DNA of 64,000 nucleotides from Eledone cirrhosa (taxonomy: Eukaryota): the NCBI GenBank assembly GCA_964016885.1, contig OZ024744.1:108004001-108068000 (forward strand). The letters run 5' to 3'. The notes under the pieces were generated by a model. That model worked only from the letters and a program-made list of their open reading frames with translations. It was not told where the DNA came from and ran no database searches. This document shows, one piece after another, positions 55,030 through 64,000 of this stretch. Every line of letters starts with the position of its first letter. Positions within the stretch are counted from its first letter, which is position 1. The translations under genes and the position numbers were made by a program.

Positions 55030-57010
55030 TATATTTCTTTATTAGCCACAAGGGCGCACAAGAAAAGGGGACAATACAAAGACACATACCGAGGATTTTA
55101 CATACAGTCGTGTAAAAATATTGAAACAAACAATTATAACAATGGAAATCCCCAATAGGGGGGAGGCGCCACAAATGGGTTGTTTAATACCCCGTCAATA
55201 GAACAATCCTCAACTTCAGGAGCGTGTTGTGCAAGTGCTCCTTTCTTCCTTTTGCTCTCTTCTTTAACCTACAGGCTTATAAACAGAGAAGGCCGAACCA
55301 CTCGGGCCATTTTCGCTTCATTCACCCACCTTTCAGTAAATTTACTGGGGTGCAGTGCCTCTCTCTCCACTCTGATTCTCCTTCTAAAGTGATACTTAAA
55401 GAAGGGAATCAATTGTTGTCCGGAGAGAAAGGCATCTGTCCTCAGTCCTCTCAATCTCGTCCACCATATAACCTCTTTCACCATAGCCACCGTACAGAGA
55501 AAAACCGCCCCTCTTTCATTTTTGAAAGAAGTTGGCGGTTTGATCCTTACTATGGATTCGGCTGTCAACTGGATTTGTCCCATACGCGACAGCAGTTGTT
55601 CCGCGTAGTTCCACAGGTCGGTTACGCCCGGGCAGTGTACAATTGCGTGCAGGACGGTTTCAATGTCCTGCGCGCCTCTTGGACACGTCTTCTTGGAAGG
55701 ATCCCTTGTTACGAACTGGTAGAGCTCCTCGGTAGCACTGCCAGGCCAGGGACCTCTGGAAGTTGTCCATGGGTCCTGGGCGGAAAGTCCGACCAAACAG
55801 ACCGGTGAGTTCGTCGTCTTCGACGCCTAGAGTCTCTCCGAGCACGTCGTCGCCCTTGTGACGTACTAACCGCCTATAGAATGTCGAAGTCCCACTGATT
55901 GCCGTGACCGCTTGACGGAGGACTTTGAGCACCCGAGCGCATTCAATATGCCAGGTGCTCATCTTCTTCGGTCTTCGCTTGACCAGGGCTGCAGCTCCGT
56001 CAGCGAGACAAGTTGTAGGAAGGCCTGTCTCACAAACGGCGCCCACACCTGTTGGGGGAGGGGGGGTCGATGAGGAATACCTGTAGATGCCGTAGCCTCA
56101 GCGCTTGCTTGCCCATCATCAGCCACGACATTCCCAGCCCTCCGGTGGAAGGGTGCTGACAGCAGTCGGATCTCCTCACCAGTGGAGCTTGCTTCTTCCA
56201 AAGGAACAGGAAGAGCATGAGTTTCATCTTGGTGAGGTGTTCACGGCGACACGGCACGACGGTCAAGCGGTAGTATATGACGGACGCTATGAAAGTGTTC
56301 GCCACCTCCGCTCGACCTCTCAAGGATAGTTTGCACTCTGACCATTTCTGGGTGAGCGCAAATACCTTGGCCGTGACCTCGTTCCAGTTCTTGTCCACCT
56401 GAGATCCGGACCGAACCAGACCCCGACCAATTTCACCGGTCCGCCAGTCCCGCGTCCGACAACGCTGTCGGACGGCATCGGTTTGCCTCTCAACGTTCCG
56501 AGCTGCAAACCGACAGACTTGTCCGGGTTCAGTTTTGTTCTTGTGAGCCTTTCGTATTCCTGCAGTAAGTTGCCGATCGCCCCGATTTCCGGGGTTTCCG
56601 ACACCATTACCGCAGTCCCGGTTCCAACGGGATTCCCTGCAGCAGCTCCAGCTTCCGCAGTAGTGGCTCTAGAGTCAGTACATACAGAATGGAGGAGAGA
56701 GGGCATCCCTGTCGGATGGAACGCGTGATTGTGAACGGCTCCGATAGGTAGCCGTTCACCTTGACCATCAAGCAGATGTTAGTGTGCATTGCGGCGATCC
56801 AGCCTCTGAAGACGGGTCCGAAACTGGGGTGCAGTGCCTCTCTCACCACTCTGATTCTCCTTCTTTAAGTGATACTTAAAGAAGGGAATCAATTGTTGTC
56901 CGGAGAGAAAGGCATCTGTCCTCAGTCCTCTCAACCTCGTCCCCCATATAACCTCTTTCACCATAGCCACCGTACAAAGGAAAACCGCCTCTCTTTCGTT
57001 TTTGAAAGAG
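55030..57010 (-). mobile_element. Tx1/L1-clade LINE 3' half (RT end, Cys-rich C-terminus, 3' UTR)
   Basis: RQGCPLS, LNPDKS, LSLRGRA, GGLGM and CPR...ETVLHAIVHC; aataaa then (TCTA)n; same family as 4460-6045. Confidence 0.9.
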
Positions 57011-57049
57011 AGGCAAGAACAAAGAAACAAAAAGACTATCACAACGTGA

Positions 57050-57637
57050 CTGCAACCCCCCCCCCCCCACTCCGCACGTGCCCCCCCCCAAACAACTACA
57101 CGCCTCCTCCACATTCACCCCCCCACTAACCCCCACCACACCTACCATCCCACCGCCACCGCCACCCTCATCCCATCCCACCCCACCCACCCCACCAACA
57201 CCACCTCTTGTTCAATACTGCACCACACCCATAGTGAGGGAGGGGATTTCCTTCATTCTCAATGATGAATCACAGAACATATCCACCCGATACTCTCTTC
57301 ATACAGCACCCACCCACCTACTTCTACCCTCACCACTCTCCCTACCCCCAGCAGCACTTTTTCAGAAAATGTCCTTTTTCCTACATACCTCTCTACCTTG
57401 GACATAGAACTTCCGGTGGCGGTGGTGGTAGTTGTGGTGGTGGTGTTGTTGTTGTTGGTGGTGGTGGTGGTGAGGGTGGTAGTGGTGGTGGTGGTAGTTG
57501 TGGTGGTGATGGTGGTAGTGGTGGTGGTGGTAGTTGTGGTGGTGGTGGGGGTGGGGTGGTGGTGGTGGAGGCAAGGGTTTTCTTTTGTTTATCCACACCA
57601 CAACAGTACATTGTACATGCATACCCACACAGATACA

Positions 57638-57680
<43 letters not shown>

Positions 57681-58030
57681 ACAGACACACACAGATACAG
57701 GCACACACAGATACAGACACACACATATACAGACACACATACACAGACACATACACACACACACAGAGACACAGACACAAACACACAGAGACACAGACAC
57801 ACACACAGGCACAAACACAAACACAGACACACACACACACACAAACAAAGACACACACACAAACACACACACAAACACACACATACACAAACACACACAC
57901 ACACACAAACACAGACACACACAAAAACACACGCAGACACAAACACAAACACAAACACAGACACACACACAGACACAGACACAGACACACACACACATAC
58001 ATATACACACACACTATATATATATATATA
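57050..58030. repeat. Mixed microsatellites ((CCA)n, (GGT)n, (CA)n)
   Basis: Directly visible. Confidence 0.9.
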
Positions 58031-58392
58031 ACAAAGAGGCTGTGGTAAGATACCAGGTGGACCCTAACGTACTCATTACTTAGGGTAGTAGAGTGGGTAA
58101 TAGGGAAAGAGACAGGACCCCGACGGGTGAGCTCCGGCTGTTTTGACAGCTAGATCCGAAACAGCCGGAGCTCAGCCGTCGGGGTTCTGTCTCTTTTTCT
58201 ATATATATATATATGTATATATAAAACAGAGAATGTCTGTTTGTATGTCTGTCTGTCTGTCAGCTCACTAAAACTCGAGAACCACCCAACCGACTGTTTT
58301 CAAATTTTTACACATGTAATACTTATGGTCCCGTGAATGTTTTGAGAAAAAATAATTTCAAATACCCTATGGACCGCATTAGGCGATTTAGT

Positions 58393-58479
<87 letters not shown>

Positions 58480-58709
58480 GTCTCTCTCTTTTTAGATAGA
58501 TGCATAGATATAACGTTGCACCCTTATACTATCTGTCTGTATGTCTGGCTGTCTGTCATTACACTATTATAACTTTGCCTTTCATCCCTACGGGGTCGAT
58601 AAAAATAAAGTACCAGTAATACACTGGGATAATTGCTGGCCTTGTGCCAAAAGTAGAAACAATTACATTATTATGACGCGATCAGTGTGTGTGTATATAT
58701 GTATATATA

Positions 58710-58749
<40 letters not shown>

Positions 58750-58918
58750 TTATGCCAGGGAACGTCTTCACGAACCAAAGTATCGTCTTCCTGTCTTCCT
58801 TCGGTTGCAACGCTTTTCGAAATATTTACATCTGCGTTCACAGATTGATTTTTTTAGTTTCAGAAAAATCCTGTAAAGGTTGAAAGCAGCGATTCTTTGC
58901 TTAAACTTTAATATGTTA

Positions 58919-59078
<160 letters not shown>

Positions 59079-59347
59079 CATATATACATATATATATACA
59101 TATATATATATTTCGTTTCTGAATTTGTTTAGCAAGATTCTTTATCTGAAATCGTGTGTTGAAACCGATATTGTTATACTTTGGGAGGGTCATGTTGCCA
59201 ATAAGAAACACACGCACCAGTTGCTTTCACTTCAATTTATTATAATAAATTTATAAATTTAGGAATTTATAAATTTATTATAATAAATTGAAGTGAAAGC
59301 AACTGGTGCGTGTGTTTCTTATTGGCAACATCACCCTCCCAAAGTAT

Positions 59348-59447
<100 letters not shown>

Positions 59448-59460
59448 TTATATATATATA

Positions 59461-62400
59461 CAAATAACGAAACGAAATTAAATTTCGTTTCGTTTGTAAC
59501 TCACTTTTGTATGACTGACGCTCAAACAATTAAGTCAAAGATGTACATCCATATATGTATACTGAAATACTAGTATGTATATGAATACACACACGTATAC
59601 ATATGTAGATGTACCAAGTTTTTTTCACTGATCACTTTACTGTGAGTGGCCAGCTATTCTGTATGTAAACACACAGACAAACCGGTTTTTAGAGTCATAC
59701 TGGTTTTTGAGGAAACACCTTTCCTCTATTCTCCAGAAAGCCAGACAAGGAATATTGAACTAGTTTCGTTGTTGTTACAACTCATCAGCAATATTTACCT
59801 ATCTTCCGGCCTCTCTAGAGAATCGTAAAAGCACATATCGCTATATGCTTTTTCTATGAAAATTAGTAGTGGGCAGACCAACTTGCATAGAGTGTGAGTA
59901 AGTACCGGTTCAACGGAGACGATAAAAACAAATAACGAAACGAAATTAAATTTCGTTTCGTTTGTAACTCACTTTTGTATGACTGACGCTCAAACAATTA
60001 AGTCAAAGATGTACATCCATATATGTATACTGAAATACTAGTATGTATATGAATACACACACGTATACATATGTAGATGTACCAAGTTTTTTTCACTGAT
60101 CACTTTACTGTGAGTGGCCAGCTATTCTGTATGTAAACACACAGACAAACCGGTTTTTAGAGTCATACTGGTTTTTGAGGAAACACCTTTCCTCTATTCT
60201 CCAGAAAGCCAGACAAGGAATATTGAACTAGTTTCGTTGTTGTTACAACTCATCAGCAATATTTACCTATCTTCCGGCCTCTCTAGAGAATCGTAAAAGC
60301 ACATATCGCTATATGCTTTTTCTATGAAAATTAGTAGTGGGCAGACCAACTTGCATAGAGTGTGAGTAAGTACCGGTTCAACGGAGACGATAAAAACAAA
60401 TAACGAAACGAAATTAAATTTCGTTTCGTTTGTAACTCACTTTTGTATGACTGACGCTCAAACAATTAAGTCAAAGATGTACATCCATATATGTATACTG
60501 AAATACTAGTATGTATATGAATACACACACGTATACATATGTAGATGTACCAAGTTTTTTTCACTGATCACTTTACTGTGAGTGGCCAGCTATTCTGTAT
60601 GTAAACACACAGACAAACCGGTTTTTAGAGTCATACTGGTTTTTGAGGAAACACCTTTCCTCTATTCTCCAGAAAGCCAGACAAGGAATATTGAACTAGT
60701 TTCGTTGTTGTTACAACTCATCAGCAATATTTACCTATCTTCCGGCCTCTCTAGAGAATCGTAAAAGCACATATCGCTATATGCTTTTTCTATGAAAATT
60801 AGTAGTGGGCAGACCAACTTGCATAGAGTGTGAGTAAGTACCGGTTCAACGGAGACGATAAAAACAAATAACGAAACGAAATTAAATTTCGTTTCGTTTG
60901 TAACTCACTTTTGTATGACTGACGCTCAAACAATTAAGTCAAAGATGTACATCCATATATGTATACTGAAATACTAGTATGTATATGAATACACACACGT
61001 ATACATATGTAGATGTACCAAGTTTTTTTCACTGATCACTTTACTGTGAGTGGCCAGCTATTCTGTATGTAAACACACAGACAAACCGGTTTTTAGAGTC
61101 ATACTGGTTTTTGAGGAAACACCTTTCCTCTATTCTCCAGAAAGCCAGACAAGGAATATTGAACTAGTTTCGTTGTTGTTACAACTCATCAGCAATATTT
61201 ACCTATCTTCCGGCCTCTCTAGAGAATCGTAAAAGCACATATCGCTATATGCTTTTTCTATGAAAATTAGTAGTGGGCAGACCAACTTGCATAGAGTGTG
61301 AGTAAGTACCGGTTCAACGGAGACGATAAAAACAAATAACGAAACGAAATTAAATTTCGTTTCGTTTGTAACTCACTTTTGTATGACTGACGCTCAAACA
61401 ATTAAGTCAAAGATGTACATCCATATATGTATACTGAAATACTAGTATGTATATGAATACACACACGTATACATATGTAGATGTACCAAGTTTTTTTCAC
61501 TGATCACTTTACTGTGAGTGGCCAGCTATTCTGTATGTAAACACACAGACAAACCGGTTTTTAGAGTCATACTGGTTTTTGAGGAAACACCTTTCCTCTA
61601 TTCTCCAGAAAGCCAGACAAGGAATATTGAACTAGTTTCGTTGTTGTTACAACTCATCAGCAATATTTACCTATCTTCCGGCCTCTCTAGAGAATCGTAA
61701 AAGCACATATCGCTATATGCTTTTTCTATGAAAATTAGTAGTGGGCAGACCAACTTGCATAGAGTGTGAGTAAGTACCGGTTCAACGGAGACGATAAAAA
61801 CAAATAACGAAACGAAATTAAATTTCGTTTCGTTTGTAACTCACTTTTGTATGACTGACGCTCAAACAATTAAGTCAAAGATGTACATCCATATATGTAT
61901 ACTGAAATACTAGTATGTATATGAATACACACACGTATACATATGTAGATGTACCAAGTTTTTTTCACTGATCACTTTACTGTGAGTGGCCAGCTATTCT
62001 GTATGTAAACACACAGACAAACCGGTTTTTAGAGTCATACTGGTTTTTGAGGAAACACCTTTCCTCTATTCTCCAGAAAGCCAGACAAGGAATATTGAAC
62101 TAGTTTCGTTGTTGTTACAACTCATCAGCAATATTTACCTATCTTCCGGCCTCTCTAGAGAATCGTAAAAGCACATATCGCTATATGCTTTTTCTATGAA
62201 AATTAGTAGTGGGCAGACCAACTTGCATAGAGTGTGAGTAAGTACCGGTTCAACGGAGACGATAAAAACAAATAACGAAACGAAATTAAATTTCGTTTCG
62301 TTTGTAACTCACTTTTGTATGACTGACGCTCAAACAATTAAGTCAAAGATGTACATCCATATATGTATACTGAAATACTAGTATGTATATGAATACACAC

Positions 62401-64000
62401 ACGTATACATATGTAGATGTACCAAGTTTTTTTCACTGATCACTTTACTGTGAGTGGCCAGCTATTCTGTATGTAAACACACAGACAAACCGGTTTTTAG
62501 AGTCATACTGGTTTTTGAGGAAACACCTTTCCTCTATTCTCCAGAAAGCCAGACAAGGAATATTGAACTAGTTTCGTTGTTGTTACAACTCATCAGCAAT
62601 ATTTACCTATCTTCCGGCCTCTCTAGAGAATCGTAAAAGCACATATCGCTATATGCTTTTTCTATGAAAATTAGTAGTGGGCAGACCAACTTGCATAGAG
62701 TGTGAGTAAGTACCGGTTCAACGGAGACGATAAAAACAAATAACGAAACGAAATTAAATTTCGTTTCGTTTGTAACTCACTTTTGTATGACTGACGCTCA
62801 AACAATTAAGTCAAAGATGTACATCCATATATGTATACTGAAATACTAGTATGTATATGAATACACACACGTATACATATGTAGATGTACCAAGTTTTTT
62901 TCACTGATCACTTTACTGTGAGTGGCCAGCTATTCTGTATGTAAACACACAGACAAACCGGTTTTTAGAGTCATACTGGTTTTTGAGGAAACACCTTTCC
63001 TCTATTCTCCAGAAAGCCAGACAAGGAATATTGAACTAGTTTCGTTGTTGTTACAACTCATCAGCAATATTTACCTATCTTCCGGCCTCTCTAGAGAATC
63101 GTAAAAGCACATATCGCTATATGCTTTTTCTATGAAAATTAGTAGTGGGCAGACCAACTTGCATAGAGTGTGAGTAAGTACCGGTTCAACGGAGACGATA
63201 AAAACAAATAACGAAACGAAATTAAATTTCGTTTCGTTTGTAACTCACTTTTGTATGACTGACGCTCAAACAATTAAGTCAAAGATGTACATCCATATAT
63301 GTATACTGAAATACTAGTATGTATATGAATACACACACGTATACATATGTAGATGTACCAAGTTTTTTTCACTGATCACTTTACTGTGAGTGGCCAGCTA
63401 TTCTGTATGTAAACACACAGACAAACCGGTTTTTAGAGTCATACTGGTTTTTGAGGAAACACCTTTCCTCTATTCTCCAGAAAGCCAGACAAGGAATATT
63501 GAACTAGTTTCGTTGTTGTTACAACTCATCAGCAATATTTACCTATCTTCCGGCCTCTCTAGAGAATCGTAAAAGCACATATCGCTATATGCTTTTTCTA
63601 TGAAAATTAGTAGTGGGCAGACCAACTTGCATAGAGTGTGAGTAAGTACCGGTTCAACGGAGACGATAAAAACAAATAACGAAACGAAATTAAATTTCGT
63701 TTCGTTTGTAACTCACTTTTGTATGACTGACGCTCAAACAATTAAGTCAAAGATGTACATCCATATATGTATACTGAAATACTAGTATGTATATGAATAC
63801 ACACACGTATACATATGTAGATGTACCAAGTTTTTTTCACTGATCACTTTACTGTGAGTGGCCAGCTATTCTGTATGTAAACACACAGACAAACCGGTTT
63901 TTAGAGTCATACTGGTTTTTGAGGAAACACCTTTCCTCTATTCTCCAGAAAGCCAGACAAGGAATATTGAACTAGTTTCGTTGTTGTTACAACTCATCAG
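59461..64000 (-). repeat. 468-bp tandem array, at least 9.7 apparently identical units, running off the window
   Basis: Exact 468-bp period (identical ORF calls at 59646, 60114 ... 63390); starts at a (TA)n tract. Confidence 0.98.
59751..59795 (-). ncRNA. Minimal type I hammerhead ribozyme, one per 468-bp unit
   Basis: Minus strand: aatattg-CTGATGA-gttgt(aaca)acaac-GAAA-ctag-TT-caatatt; palindromic stem III ACTAGT; predicted cut between 59758 and 59757. Confidence 0.9.

Noticed and set aside
59646-59828. 60-aa ORF repeated in each 468-bp unit
   Set aside because: GTG start, short, antisense to the hammerhead and with no recognisable motif; its recurrence only reflects the repeat.
59903-59917. 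ccg-gttcaa-cgg as a Pol III B box or T-loop in the 468 unit
   Set aside because: Imperfect consensus, no clear A box, and on the non-ribozyme strand; insufficient support.

Overview
AT-rich, repeat-saturated eukaryotic DNA. It is most likely a cephalopod (Octopus-like), inferred from the abundant tRNA-derived SINE with a GCCTTTCATCC..GGGGTCGATAAA core and from the LINE spectrum. No intact protein-coding gene is visible. The window is a mosaic of microsatellites, SINEs, decayed LINEs (Tx1/L1, RTE, R4/Dong, CRE-like, I-like), Penelope-like (GIY-YIG) fragments, two Charlie/Buster hAT copies and non-autonomous Helitrons, plus a possible host 5' gene end at 48.7-51 kb. The main unexplained signal is a set of three non-coding tandem repeats (468, 628 and 422 bp units). 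Each carries one type I hammerhead ribozyme per monomer inside an extended hairpin, and each is fused to (TA)n. The 468 and 422 bp units are distant homologs that join (TA)n at the same position. Together with about ten further hammerhead motifs in Penelope-type termini, this looks like a retrozyme-like (circular RNA-producing) system that may be mobilised by Penelope-like elements. All structures were read by eye; none was computed.
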